DNA of 37,471 nt from a bacterium. GTDB taxonomy: Bacteria > Latescibacterota > UBA2968. Location: the NCBI GenBank assembly GCA_027296045.1, contig JAPUJS010000154.1:1-37471 (forward strand). The letters are read 5' to 3'. Shown in pieces: positions 26,376 to 35,255 of the stretch (position 1 is its first letter; the number at the start of each line of letters is the position of its first letter). Under the pieces are notes generated by a model. That model did not search any database. It saw only the letters and a list, made by a program, of their open reading frames with translations, and was not told the DNA's origin. Both the position numbers and the translations under genes were made by a program.

Positions 26376-26425
26376 ATAAAAAAATAGGGAGTTGGAAGTC
26401 GGAGGTCCAGTCCGCTTCCAACTCC
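26376..26425 (-). terminator. Rho-independent terminator after murA
   Basis: An 11-bp stem GGAGTTGGAAG (26388-26398) / CTTCCAACTCC (26415-26425). On the - strand it is followed by TATTTTTTTAT. Confidence 0.7.
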
Positions 26426-26446
26426 TCCTTTGTTTAATCTACAACA

Positions 26447-27736
26447 TTAATTTTTTATGGAAATCCGTTTGATTTTTGCTCCCAAAGACCGAAGCCGTTC
26501 ATCAATGGCCTCATATCCCCGATCGATCTGTTCAATATTGCTGATCACGCTTTCACCTTCGGCACACAAAGCCGCAATAATCATGGCCATACCGGCTCGA
26601 ATGTCGGGACTGGCCAATCGATCGCCATACAGCTTGGACGGGCCTACTACCACGGCCCGATGGGGATCGCAAATAATGATTTTGGCCCCCATCTCAATCA
26701 ACCGATCCAGCCAGTACATCCGCTGTTCGAACATTTTTTCAAAAAAAAGAACCGTGCCACGTGCCTGGGTGGCCAACACAATTGCAATACTCATCAGATC
26801 GGGCGGAAATCCTGGCCAGGGGTCATTGTCAATCCGGGGAATCGCATCCCCCACATCGGGCATAATCTCCAATTTTTGGAAATCGGGCACCACCAGATCC
26901 TGTCCGTCCACTTCCACCTCCAGCCCCAACCGGCGGAAAACCATCAAACTTTTACGCATATTTTCCGGTGCAGCATCTTTGATCCGAAGATAGCTGTTTG
27001 TCGCCCCGGCCAGTCCGATAAAACTACCCACTTCCATATAATCGGGGCCCAGCGTGTGGGTTCCACCGCTCAGTGCTTGAACCCCTTCAACGGTCAATTT
27101 ATTGGTCCCAATCCCCGAAATCTGGGCCCCGCAGCGGTTCAAAAACTGGCACAACTCCTGTACATGGGGTTCGGAAGCCACATTGTTCAAAATCGTCGTG
27201 CCTTCGGCCAGCACAGAGGCCATCACCGCATTTTCCGTCCCGGTCACACTGCGCTCGTCCAGAAAAATATCGGCCCCTTTCAAGCCCTGTTCGGCCACCA
27301 TCCTGTAGACATGATTGACCTGAATATCCGCACCCAGTCCTGCCAGTGCCAGCAAATGCGTATCGACACGGCGTCTACCAATGCGGTCCCCCCCAGGGCG
27401 TGGAATATCTACCCGACCATGGCGGGCAAGCAAGGGGCCTCCAAACATAAAACTCCCCCGAACCTGGCTGCACAAATCCGCCCGGAGAGAAGTCTTGTGT
27501 ACAGAACCGGCACACAACGTCCATTCATGATCACCTGTTTTCTGAGCCCGAACGCCCAGATCCCTCAACAACTCGATAATGCGGGCCACATCGCCGATAT
27601 CCGGCATATTTTTTAACACCACTTCTTCATCGATCAGCAGCGTGGCAGCCAAAAGGGCCTGCGCCGCATTTTTATTGCCAGCAGGTGTTATGGTTCCGGC
27701 AAGCGGACGTCCGCCTTCAATGATAAATTGTTCCAT
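26447..27736 (-). CDS. murA: UDP-N-acetylglucosamine 1-carboxyvinyltransferase (Asp at the catalytic Cys position)
   Basis: 429 aa. [34 protein letters not shown] is the canonical N-terminus. The active-site loop reads [13 protein letters not shown], against E. coli LPGGCTIGARPVD. Confidence 0.95.
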   Translation of the reverse strand: MEQFIIEGGRPLAGTITPAGNKNAAQALLAATLLIDEEVVLKNMPDIGDVARIIELLRDLGVRAQKTGDHEWTLCAGSVHKTSLRADLCSQVRGSFMFGGPLLARHGRVDIPRPGGDRIGRRRVDTHLLALAGLGADIQVNHVYRMVAEQGLKGADIFLDERSVTGTENAVMASVLAEGTTILNNVASEPHVQELCQFLNRCGAQISGIGTNKLTVEGVQALSGGTHTLGPDYMEVGSFIGLAGATNSYLRIKDAAPENMRKSLMVFRRLGLEVEVDGQDLVVPDFQKLEIMPDVGDAIPRIDNDPWPGFPPDLMSIAIVLATQARGTVLFFEKMFEQRMYWLDRLIEMGAKIIICDPHRAVVVGPSKLYGDRLASPDIRAGMAMIIAALCAEGESVISNIEQIDRGYEAIDERLRSLGAKIKRISIKN

Positions 27737-27802
27737 ACAATCTCCAATAGCCGATCTTCAGGGGAGGCGAAGAATTTTATGGCTTTCGTAATTGTAAGTC
27801 TA

Positions 27803-27831
27803 ACTATAACACATCTTTGGAGAAAATTCAA
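27803..27831 (-). promoter_or_regulatory. Sigma-70-type promoter candidate for murA
   Basis: The - strand reads TTGAAT (27831-27826), a 17-nt spacer ending in TGT, then TATAGT (27808-27803). GGAG lies 6 nt before the murA ATG. Confidence 0.55.
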
Positions 27832-27846
27832 GAAGAAAAAGCAAAA

Positions 27847-28926
27847 TCAACAAAAGGTGGGTCCGGATTGGGAGGTGGAAAGGGAAGGTGCTTGAAAAAG
27901 CTGGCCACATCCAGCGGCAATATCATCCCCTTTGCTATACCGAACGGTGGCCGTAATACAGGCGTCCGCGATGGTTTCTACAAATTGCTCAATAACGGGT
28001 CTTGGTGGGCGTCGAAAGGGTTCCCCGTCAATTGGATTCCATGGGATGACATTGATTTTACAGGGAATACCTTTTACCAGCTCGACCAGCCGGTTCGCAT
28101 CCTCCCGGGAATCGTTAAAGCCGTGCAATAACACATACTCAAAAGTAATGCGGCGCCCCAGGTTTTGCTGATAGATCCTGGCCGCATCCAGCAATGCTGC
28201 GATCGGCCACTTTTTGTTAATCGGCATAATCTGATCTCGCTGAACATCATTCGACGCATTCAGAGAAATGGCCAGCCCAATCTTCAGGCCCTCTTCGGAG
28301 AGTCTTAATATACCCGGCACGTGTCCGGCCGTTGACAGGGTAATGCGTCGAATCCCAATCTGGGGCCCGTAGCTCAAATTCATCAACCGAATCGCACGCA
28401 CCACCGGGTCGTAATTCAACAGTGGCTCTCCCATTCCCATCATCACTACATTGGTCACATCATCGTCCCGCTCCAACAAAAAACGCCGAACCCAAATCAA
28501 CTGATCCAGCATCTCACCCGCCGTTAAATTTCGCACCAATCCCATTTTTCCAGTGGCACAAAAATGACAATCCAGGGGGCATCCCACCTGAGAAGAGATG
28601 CACAGGGTCCGCCGTTTCCCATCCCACATCAACACCGTTTCGACACGTCTTCTGTCCGGCAGTTCAAATAAGTATTTTACCGTTTTTCCATCTTCGGTCC
28701 AAACTTCCTTAACTGGTTGTAAATTCAATATAGTAGACTGTTCTTTCAGCTGGTTTCGGACCTCCTTGGACAGATTGGTCATCTCGTCGATATCGGTCGT
28801 GCCTTTGCCATAAATCCAAGCCGCAATCTGCCGCCCCCGATAGGATGCCATTCCCATCGAAACAGCCAGATCTTCCAGTTCATCTGGCAACAATCCCTTG
28901 AGGTCCACGGTCTGTTCGATTCCCAT
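27847..28926 (-). CDS. rlmN: 23S rRNA/tRNA (adenine-C2)-methyltransferase, radical SAM
   Basis: 359 aa. YRGRQIAAWIY, the radical-SAM motif CPLDCHFCATG, MGMGEPLLNY, and the C-terminal DIAAGCGQL. Confidence 0.95.
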   Translation of the reverse strand: MGIEQTVDLKGLLPDELEDLAVSMGMASYRGRQIAAWIYGKGTTDIDEMTNLSKEVRNQLKEQSTILNLQPVKEVWTEDGKTVKYLFELPDRRRVETVLMWDGKRRTLCISSQVGCPLDCHFCATGKMGLVRNLTAGEMLDQLIWVRRFLLERDDDVTNVVMMGMGEPLLNYDPVVRAIRLMNLSYGPQIGIRRITLSTAGHVPGILRLSEEGLKIGLAISLNASNDVQRDQIMPINKKWPIAALLDAARIYQQNLGRRITFEYVLLHGFNDSREDANRLVELVKGIPCKINVIPWNPIDGEPFRRPPRPVIEQFVETIADACITATVRYSKGDDIAAGCGQLFQAPSLSTSQSGPTFC

Positions 28927-29014
28927 AAAAAAACCCGATTCCTGACAAGCCTGTAAATGCGCAACCGTTCAACATTAACCAAGCAGGCCATTCTGCGCAA
29001 GCGTAAAAATGATA

Positions 29015-29043
29015 TTGACAGACATGCGCATTTGGTTTATTGT
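29015..29043 (+). promoter_or_regulatory. Promoter candidate for the M23 peptidase gene
   Basis: TTGACA (29015-29020), a 17-nt spacer, then TATTGT (29038-29043). This would give a ~120-nt leader. Confidence 0.35.
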
Positions 29044-29163
29044 TTGTTCGGTATTCTCTAAAGAACAAAGAGTTATGCTTATTTTCAAGACCCCTTATCC
29101 TCTCTACGCTGCATACTCCCCGACCCCGCCTTACGCTCCGATATCATTCGAGCTGAGATCTCT

Positions 29164-30591
29164 ATGCCCATACACGATTATAAAAACCCCCGCCGGGCCT
29201 CAAAACGCCCTGCCCGATTTCGAAAGCCGGGCCGCTGGATCCTGTTTGCCTTCCTCATCTACTATCTGGGCACGCTCTGGACAGCCGAAGAAAGCCCGGA
29301 AGCGCCCACCGAGGAGATCGCCCTGGCCCAAACAGATACGGCGGAGGTTGTCGAATCTGATACCCTCCAGGCCGAATCCGAAAGGATACTGGAACCCGGT
29401 TGGACCGTGATCTCCGGACAAATCGGCCACGGCGAAAGTTTCTCCGAAACACTCATCGATCGAGGCGTTTCCAAAACCCAGATCTTCGACGAACTCAAGC
29501 CTGCCATCGATCACATTCCCGGCCGGGAACTGGATCTTAATTTAGTCCAGCAGGGGGATCAATACACCGTTGAACTCGATTCTCTCGGTGTGATCCAACA
29601 GTTTGAATATGTCAAACACGGAGATCTGGAAAGGCGCTTCCTGGCCAGCCGCCTCAACGGCACCCTCCAGGCCCGGAAAGAAGAAATACCGCTCCAAAAA
29701 GAGGTGGTCGTTGTTTCCGGTCAAATCGACAACTCGATGTGGCAAGCCCTTCAGCAATCGGGCGAAAATCCGTTTTTGGTCAGCTACAAATTTTCAAGCA
29801 TATTTGAATACTACATCGACTTTGCAGGCGACTGCCGCACCGGTGACCAGTTTGTCTGTGCGATTGAAAAATTATACGACAAAACCGGCCAGTTCGTGCG
29901 CTATGGCGACATTTTGACCGCCGAGTATGAAGGAGAAAAGGGAAGCTACCAGGCCTTTCTATTTCAGGTGCCGGGCCAAAAAAAGGGCTATTATGATGCT
30001 ACCGGAAAATCTCTGCGGGGCCAGTTTCTGGTCAACCCACTTCAAAACCCCCGAACTAGTTCCAGATTTACCAACCGACGCTTTCACCCCATTTTAAAAA
30101 AATACATCCCACACCACGGCATCGATTACGCCGCCCCGAGGGGCAAACCCGTTTGGGCAACAGCAGCCGGGACGGTTTCGTTCATCGGTCGCAAAAGTGC
30201 CCTGGGTAATTATGTCGAAATTACGCATAAAAACGGCTACAAAACAGGCTACGGACACCTGAGCCGATTTCCCCGAGGCCTCAGAAAAGGGTCAAGGGTC
30301 TCCCAAAAGCAAACCATCGGCTATGTTGGCGCAACAGGCCGGGCAACCGGTCCCCATTTGCATTACAATTTTTACCAAAGACAACACGGTAAACATCGGT
30401 TGGTCAACCCGGAACGGGTGCTCAAAAAAATCAATAAACCCTCCGGAAAGTCCATTCCCCAGGCCTATGCGGCCCACTATCGCCAGCACAGTCAAATGCT
30501 GATGGGGCTGCTTCATCGGGAACACGGAACCATTATCACGGCTGCCTTGCACGACCTTGCGCAACCTTCCGAAGCTCCCTCAGAAGAATAG
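29164..30591 (+). CDS. M23 family metallopeptidase (murein endopeptidase-like), membrane-anchored
   Basis: N-terminal TM segment (WILFAFLIYYLGTLW). M23 motifs HHGIDYAAPRGKPVWATAAG (HxxxD) and GATGRATGPHLHY (HxH). Confidence 0.85.
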   Translation: MPIHDYKNPRRASKRPARFRKPGRWILFAFLIYYLGTLWTAEESPEAPTEEIALAQTDTAEVVESDTLQAESERILEPGWTVISGQIGHGESFSETLIDRGVSKTQIFDELKPAIDHIPGRELDLNLVQQGDQYTVELDSLGVIQQFEYVKHGDLERRFLASRLNGTLQARKEEIPLQKEVVVVSGQIDNSMWQALQQSGENPFLVSYKFSSIFEYYIDFAGDCRTGDQFVCAIEKLYDKTGQFVRYGDILTAEYEGEKGSYQAFLFQVPGQKKGYYDATGKSLRGQFLVNPLQNPRTSSRFTNRRFHPILKKYIPHHGIDYAAPRGKPVWATAAGTVSFIGRKSALGNYVEITHKNGYKTGYGHLSRFPRGLRKGSRVSQKQTIGYVGATGRATGPHLHYNFYQRQHGKHRLVNPERVLKKINKPSGKSIPQAYAAHYRQHSQMLMGLLHREHGTIITAALHDLAQPSEAPSEE

Positions 30592-30602
30592 TTGTTAACA
30601 CC

Positions 30603-31019
30603 ATGCAAGACGAACTTCTCCTAACCGTTGAAGCCCTGGCCGAACACGAAGGCCGTTACCATCGAGACGCCTACCTGTTCATCTTTGCCGCCCTCAGCCA
30701 TACCGTCCAGGCCCTCCACCGGGATCAGCTGGAAGACGAGGACGGCCGCCATGTCTCCGGACAGGAACTGGCCCACGGCATTGCCGAATATGCCCGCGAA
30801 CAATTTGGCCCAATGGTCCAATCGGTCTTCAACCACTGGGGCATCCACGAAACCCTCGACTTTGGCCGCATCGTTTTTTCCCTCATTGATGCCGAATTGA
30901 TGCGCAAAACCGGAGACGACCGCCTGGAAGATTTCCAGGATGTGTACCGCTTCGACAAGATATTCGATCCCAAACGCATACAAGACTCATTGGACCGGGT
31001 GGACCCGGAACAGTTGTAA
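30603..31019 (+). CDS. Conserved hypothetical, probably Minf_1886 family (TIGR04138-like)
   Basis: 138 aa. YHRDAYLFIFAALSHT...HVSGQELAHGIAEYAREQFGPMVQSVFNHWGIHETLDFGRIVFSLIDAELMRKTGDDRLEDF resembles what I remember of this Planctomycete/Verrucomicrobia-type family. Assigned from memory only. Confidence 0.45.
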   Translation: MQDELLLTVEALAEHEGRYHRDAYLFIFAALSHTVQALHRDQLEDEDGRHVSGQELAHGIAEYAREQFGPMVQSVFNHWGIHETLDFGRIVFSLIDAELMRKTGDDRLEDFQDVYRFDKIFDPKRIQDSLDRVDPEQL

Positions 31020-31107
31020 CGCCAAACTTGGAAGAACCGTACAAAGCCTGTAAATTGACACATCCTTATCACTCGTCACGGTCCTTTTTTATCGAGAACG
31101 TTTCCCA

Positions 31108-32265
31108 ATGAAAATTGCCTACTTCGATTGCTTCGCCGGCATCAGCGGCGATATGATCCTGGGCGCCCTGGTCGATGCAGGCTTGTCTTTTGAAACCCTC
31201 CAGCAAGAGCTTTCAAAACTCCACCTGAAGGAATTTGAACTCCAAATTCGCAAAGTCGAAAAACACAGCATCTCCGCCACCAAAATCGACGTCCTCCACC
31301 GGGAAGGCCACGTCCACCGCCACCTCAAAGACGTCTTAGAAATCATCGACAACAGCGACATCTCCCCAACCGCCAAACAAAAAGCCGGCGATGTGTTTCG
31401 CCGACTGGCCGAAGCCGAAGCCGAAGTCCACGGCAGCCCAATCGATCATGTCCACTTCCACGAAGTCGGCGCCGTAGACGCCATTGTCGATGTCGTCGGC
31501 GCCGTCGTCGGCCTGGAAGCCCTGGGCATCGAACGCGTCTACGCCTCCAAACTCCGCTTCGGCACCGGCAAAACCCGGGGCTCACACGGGGCAATGCCCA
31601 TCCCCGTTCCCGCCGTGGTCGCACTTTGCAAAAACCTGCCTGCCGAAAGAACGGATATCCCGTTTGAATTGATCACGCCCACAGGTGCTGCGATTCTCAC
31701 TACACTTGCAACAGAAATTGGCACCTCCATTTCCTTTCGCACCCAAAGTCTGGGTTACGGCGCAGGCACCCGCGACCTGGACCAGGTACCCAACCTGTTA
31801 CGTCTTGAAATTGGCGAACGGGTCACGGACCTCGAAACCGACACCCCCGTCCTCCTCGAAACCAACATCGACGACATGAATCCCGAAATCTACGGCTACC
31901 TCCTGGACCGCCTCTTCGAAGCCGGCGCCCGAGACGCCTACCTCACCCCCCTTATCATGAAAAAAGGCCGCCCGGGCATCCAGCTCTCCGTCCTATCCGA
32001 CCCCGATAAGGTCACCCTATTATCCGATCTCATTTTCGCAGAAACCACCACCCTTGGCGTCCGCCTCACCCCCGTTAATCGCCTGATGGTCTCCCGCCGA
32101 TCAGAAACGGTTGAAACCCCCTTCGGCCCCGTTCAAGTCAAAGTCGCCGAATTCCAGGGCCGCACCCGAATTGCGCCTGAATATGAAGATTGTGTTCGCA
32201 TTGCCCGAGAACAGAATATTCCAATTCTAGACATTTACAGGGCAGTGACAAAGGCGGAGACTTGA
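31108..32265 (+). CDS. larC: Nickel-pincer cofactor biosynthesis protein LarC (DUF111, nickel insertion)
   Basis: The MKIAYFDCFAGISGDMILGALVDAG N-terminus, HFHEVGAVDAIVDVVG, and the C-terminal IAPEYEDC..IA are typical of LarC. Confidence 0.9.
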   Translation: MKIAYFDCFAGISGDMILGALVDAGLSFETLQQELSKLHLKEFELQIRKVEKHSISATKIDVLHREGHVHRHLKDVLEIIDNSDISPTAKQKAGDVFRRLAEAEAEVHGSPIDHVHFHEVGAVDAIVDVVGAVVGLEALGIERVYASKLRFGTGKTRGSHGAMPIPVPAVVALCKNLPAERTDIPFELITPTGAAILTTLATEIGTSISFRTQSLGYGAGTRDLDQVPNLLRLEIGERVTDLETDTPVLLETNIDDMNPEIYGYLLDRLFEAGARDAYLTPLIMKKGRPGIQLSVLSDPDKVTLLSDLIFAETTTLGVRLTPVNRLMVSRRSETVETPFGPVQVKVAEFQGRTRIAPEYEDCVRIAREQNIPILDIYRAVTKAET

Positions 32266-32300
32266 GGCCAGAAACCCTCCGTTCGACCGAGCGTCCCCAC

Positions 32301-32337
32301 AAAAAAGCCCCGGAGAGAATTCTCTCCGGGGATTTGT
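32301..32337 (+). terminator. Rho-independent terminator after larC (palindromic, potentially bidirectional)
   Basis: An A6 run, then the perfect palindrome CCCCGGAGAGAATTCTCTCCGGGG (32308-32331), then ATTTG. Confidence 0.7.
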
Positions 32338-32414
32338 CGTCTCAAACCCAATGCTACGAACGCCCAACCTAATTACGCGCGGAAAATTAGTTATGGCGGA
32401 CCAATATTCAGCAA

Positions 32415-32455
32415 CAAAAACCCCGACGCCTGATCATTCCGCGTCAGGTTTTTAT
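32415..32455 (-). terminator. Rho-independent terminator after the small Cys-rich ORF
   Basis: The - strand reads CCTGACGC-N11-GCGTCGGG (8 bp including one G-U) followed by GTTTTTG. On the + strand an alternative 5-bp stem is followed by TTTTTA. Confidence 0.6.
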
Positions 32456-32474
32456 CACAATACATATTTGAATT

Positions 32475-32729
32475 CTACACGTCCTCATCCATCTCCGCCA
32501 ACACCCGCATCAAATCTTCCATCGACACAATATCGTCCTCGGCAAACATCCCGGGGGCTTCGGTCGCCTTATCCTCCTCATCGGTTCCAAACACAAACCA
32601 CTCAAACTCCTTCAAGAACTTCATACAGTGCCATTTCTTTGTGCGTTCATAATCTTTCGAACACAGTTCCCTTGGAATCGGGCAGCCGTCGTAAAGCCCA
32701 CGCGGACAGGGTCGAGGTTTCTTAGGCAT
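32475..32729 (-). CDS. Small (84 aa) Cys-rich basic N-terminus / acidic C-terminus hypothetical protein
   Basis: ATG at 32729 with GAGGAA 5 nt upstream (the ORF track starts at TTG 32741). Four Cys lie in PCPRGLYDGCPIPRELCSKDYERTKKWHC, and the tail is acidic (DEEDK...EDDIVSMEDLMRVLAEMDEDV). It has its own downstream terminator. Confidence 0.5.
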   Translation of the reverse strand: MPKKPRPCPRGLYDGCPIPRELCSKDYERTKKWHCMKFLKEFEWFVFGTDEEDKATEAPGMFAEDDIVSMEDLMRVLAEMDEDV

Positions 32730-32810
32730 CGGTTTCCTCAAAAAAATAGACGATCACAAAGAGCATCACACCACTACACGATCTACCCTTCACAGATCCA
32801 GAGGCGACGG

Positions 32811-34145
32811 TCAAAGCACCTTCAAATACCGATCCAGTTCATAACCCGTCACCTGTACCCGATAATCCATCCATTCAATCTTTTTGTTGGCAATAAACTT
32901 CTCAAACAGGGGCGCTCCAAGGGCCTTTTTCACCAGATCGCTTCCTTCGGCCAGATCAATCGCCTGGAATAAATCCTGGGGCAAGGTCCGAATGTCGGCC
33001 TTTTCGCGTTCCGCCTCTGTCATTTCAGATGCAGGCTTTTCGGTCGGCCTGGGTGGTTTATACTCGTTCTCAATACCCTCCAGTCCGGCCGCCAGCATAA
33101 CTGCAAAGGCCAGATAAGGATTACACCCCGGATCGGGAGACCGGTATTCCACACGCATCGCACTTTCTTTTCCTGGCTTATAGGTCGGCACCCGGACCAG
33201 ATCCGCCCGATTCACCATTGCCCAGGTCGTAAAAATAGGCGCTTCATACCCCGAAACCAATCGCTTGTAAGAATTCACCCACTGGTTGGTCACCAGCGTA
33301 ATTTCAGGTGCGTGTTTGAGCAGCCCGGCAATGAAATATTTGGCCGTACGGGAAAGGTGAAATTGATTTCGGGCGTCGTAAAACGCATTTCGCTCTCCGC
33401 GAAACAACGACATATTGATATGCATCCCATTTCCGTGTACCCCAAAAATTGGCTTGGGCATAAACGTGGCCCAGACCCCGTGCATCACGGCAATCTCCTT
33501 GACCACCAGCCGATAGGTCATCGCATTATCGGCCATCGTCAGCGCATCGGTATAGAGCAAATCAATCTCGTGCTGACTGGGGGCTGCTTCGTGGTGGCTG
33601 GATGCCACTTCAATCCCCATTCCTTCCAGAGACAGCACCGTGTCTCGCCGCAAGTCGCTGGCCATATCGCGGGCAGTCTGATCAAAATACCCGCCTTCGT
33701 CCAGCCCTTCCAGCGGGGGCTCGGATGATTTGAAATAAAAATATTCCAACTCTGGACTGACGTAAAACGTAAATCCCAGGTCAGAGGCCCGCTTCAGGTT
33801 TTTCCGGAGCACATAGCGTGGATCCCCACCATAGGGATTTCCGTTCGGATCCAGGATATCACAAAACATTCGCGCAACCGCGCCGCCCTCCTGCGGACGA
33901 AAAGGCAAAACCTGGAAGGTGTTGGGGTCGGGCATTGCGACCATATCGCTCTCATCCAAACGCGCAAATCCCTCAACGGAAGACCCGTCAAACCCAATCC
34001 CTTCCTCCAGGGCTTCTTCGAGTTGCTCCACAGGAATTGCCACACTCTTCAACAGCCCCAAAATATCTGTAAACCAGAGCCGAACGAATTTGACCCCATG
34101 CTCTTTTGCGGCATTCAACACATATGCCTGGCTACCTTCGTTCAT
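32811..34145 (-). CDS. glnA: Glutamine synthetase type I
   Basis: 444 aa. VKFVRLWFTDILG, GFDGSSVEGF, MPKP..G.HGNGMHINMSL and NPYLAFAVMLAAGLEGI are canonical GSI motifs. Confidence 0.95.
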   Translation of the reverse strand: MNEGSQAYVLNAAKEHGVKFVRLWFTDILGLLKSVAIPVEQLEEALEEGIGFDGSSVEGFARLDESDMVAMPDPNTFQVLPFRPQEGGAVARMFCDILDPNGNPYGGDPRYVLRKNLKRASDLGFTFYVSPELEYFYFKSSEPPLEGLDEGGYFDQTARDMASDLRRDTVLSLEGMGIEVASSHHEAAPSQHEIDLLYTDALTMADNAMTYRLVVKEIAVMHGVWATFMPKPIFGVHGNGMHINMSLFRGERNAFYDARNQFHLSRTAKYFIAGLLKHAPEITLVTNQWVNSYKRLVSGYEAPIFTTWAMVNRADLVRVPTYKPGKESAMRVEYRSPDPGCNPYLAFAVMLAAGLEGIENEYKPPRPTEKPASEMTEAEREKADIRTLPQDLFQAIDLAEGSDLVKKALGAPLFEKFIANKKIEWMDYRVQVTGYELDRYLKVL

Positions 34146-34223
34146 AACCGTTCCTATTTTAAAGATTTACCATTTTTATTGGCTCCCCTGTTGAATCAAT
34201 AAGTGAGCAAAGATACCCACCCT

Positions 34224-34243
34224 ATGTTTCAGGCATGTTTCAG
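34224..34243 (-). promoter_or_regulatory. Tandem 9-nt direct repeat with 11-bp phasing upstream of glnA
   Basis: ATGTTTCAG-GC-ATGTTTCAG on the + strand, which is CTGAAACAT-GC-CTGAAACAT on the glnA strand. It lies ~80-100 nt upstream of the glnA ATG and just downstream of the preceding terminator. Confidence 0.35.
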
Positions 34244-34272
34244 AGAGATTAAATGAAGGTTAACTGGAGAGG

Positions 34273-34308
34273 CAAAAAAAGAGACGCGGAATCATTTCCA
34301 GCGTCTCC
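34273..34308 (-). terminator. Rho-independent terminator after the lipoprotein gene
   Basis: Stem GAGACGC (34281-34287) / GCGTCTC (34301-34307). On the - strand it is followed by TTTTTTT. Confidence 0.7.
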
Positions 34309-34337
34309 CTTGCCAATCTTGCTTTTTTGCTAAACAG

Positions 34338-34847
34338 CTAAGGAACCCTGCGCCAGGTATCGGTCCAGAAATCGTCATAAGAAGCAACCATCTTATCGCC
34401 CTTAAAAACCCACGACTGTTTGTCGTGTGAGATCTCGATCCCATCTTCCTGCACCGAAATTTTCCCCTTGGCCTTTTTGGCCTTGTGATAAAACGAGAAG
34501 GGGGCTTCAGCCGAAGACCGGTATCCCTGTCGGATCAAGATGTGCCGTGCCTGTGTGATCGCCGAGGTTGAAATCTCATACAAACTGACCGCATAATCAA
34601 ACCGCCGCGGCGTGCCATTCTGGGCGGCCGTTTCACGGTTTAGGGACACATGGGCCTTTCGTGATGTCACCGGAATCCAGGAAATAGCGCCCTGAATCTG
34701 GGGCGGCCTCAACACCGTTCCATCCGGCAGCGTGCGGGATTCCAACACCCAATTCCCCGACATCTGGGCCTGCATCTGGCCCAGCCGGTCGCTACACCCT
34801 TGGCCAAAAAAAAGCAGTCCCAGCGCAATAAAAGCCAAGTGCTTCAT
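34338..34847 (-). CDS. Lipoprotein (169 aa), function unknown
   Basis: ATG at 34847 with GGAGG 6 nt upstream. MKHLAFIALGLLFFGQGC is a signal plus lipobox. The ORF-track extension to 34958 runs into the promoter. Confidence 0.7.
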   Translation of the reverse strand: MKHLAFIALGLLFFGQGCSDRLGQMQAQMSGNWVLESRTLPDGTVLRPPQIQGAISWIPVTSRKAHVSLNRETAAQNGTPRRFDYAVSLYEISTSAITQARHILIRQGYRSSAEAPFSFYHKAKKAKGKISVQEDGIEISHDKQSWVFKGDKMVASYDDFWTDTWRRVP

Positions 34848-34896
34848 ATCAATCCTCCATTGAAAAATACACTCAATGATATGCATATGGACTCCA

Positions 34897-34925
34897 AGTA
34901 TATTCCACACACCCGGATGTGTCAA
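34897..34925 (-). promoter_or_regulatory. Near-consensus sigma-70 promoter for the lipoprotein gene
   Basis: The - strand reads TTGACA (34925-34920), exactly 17 nt, then TATACT (34902-34897). Confidence 0.65.
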
Positions 34926-34956
34926 GAAAAAAAGGCCCCAAATCCTGGGGCCTTTC
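34926..34956 (-). terminator. Rho-independent terminator after the HU gene
   Basis: Stem AAAGGCCCC (34931-34939) / GGGGCCTTT (34947-34955). The - strand then shows a T7 run. Confidence 0.75.
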
Positions 34957-34979
34957 AAAAGTCAAACGAGTTCCATATT

Positions 34980-35255
34980 TTACTGAATCGAATCTTTGAG
35001 TGCCTTGCCAGCTTTGAAACGAGCATTCTTGCTTGCAGCAATCTGGATGGTAGCACCCGTTTGCGGGTTTCGACCCTGGCGCGCAGCTCGATGGCTCACA
35101 GAAAACGTTCCAAAACCTGAAATCGTAACCCGCTCGCCCTTTTTCAAAGCATCGGTCACTTCCCCAATCAGGGCACTCAGTGCAGCGCCCGCATCTTTGT
35201 TCGAAAGACCAGCTTTTTCGGAAATGGCTGCAATTAATTCCGCTTTGTTTGGCAT
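34980..35255 (-). CDS. hup: HU family nucleoid-associated DNA-binding protein
   Basis: 91 aa. MPNKAELIAAISEKAGLS..DA..AL.....VTDALKKGERVTISGFGTFSVSHRAARQGRNPQTGATIQIAASKNARFKAGKALKD is the canonical HU sequence. Confidence 0.95.
   Translation of the reverse strand: MPNKAELIAAISEKAGLSNKDAGAALSALIGEVTDALKKGERVTISGFGTFSVSHRAARQGRNPQTGATIQIAASKNARFKAGKALKDSIQ

Noticed and set aside
26660-27616. 318-aa ORF antisense to murA (also 19246-19998 antisense to the beta-CASP gene and 36035-36781 antisense to ptsN/sigma)
   Set aside because: These are shadow ORFs opposite well-supported genes. Their translations are rich in P/R/H/Q.
34180-34194. Sigma-54-like element TGGCTC-N5-TTGA near glnA
   Set aside because: It lies on the + strand, so it points away from glnA (- strand) and into the 3' end of a - strand gene region. 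Its -12 element is TTGA rather than TTGC. It is probably a chance match.
34146-34223. Possible glutamine (glnA RNA motif) riboswitch in the glnA leader
   Set aside because: The leader is short, and I could not identify the conserved three-stem core. Only a GGAACG near the start codon is reminiscent. This needs an Infernal scan for formal exclusion.
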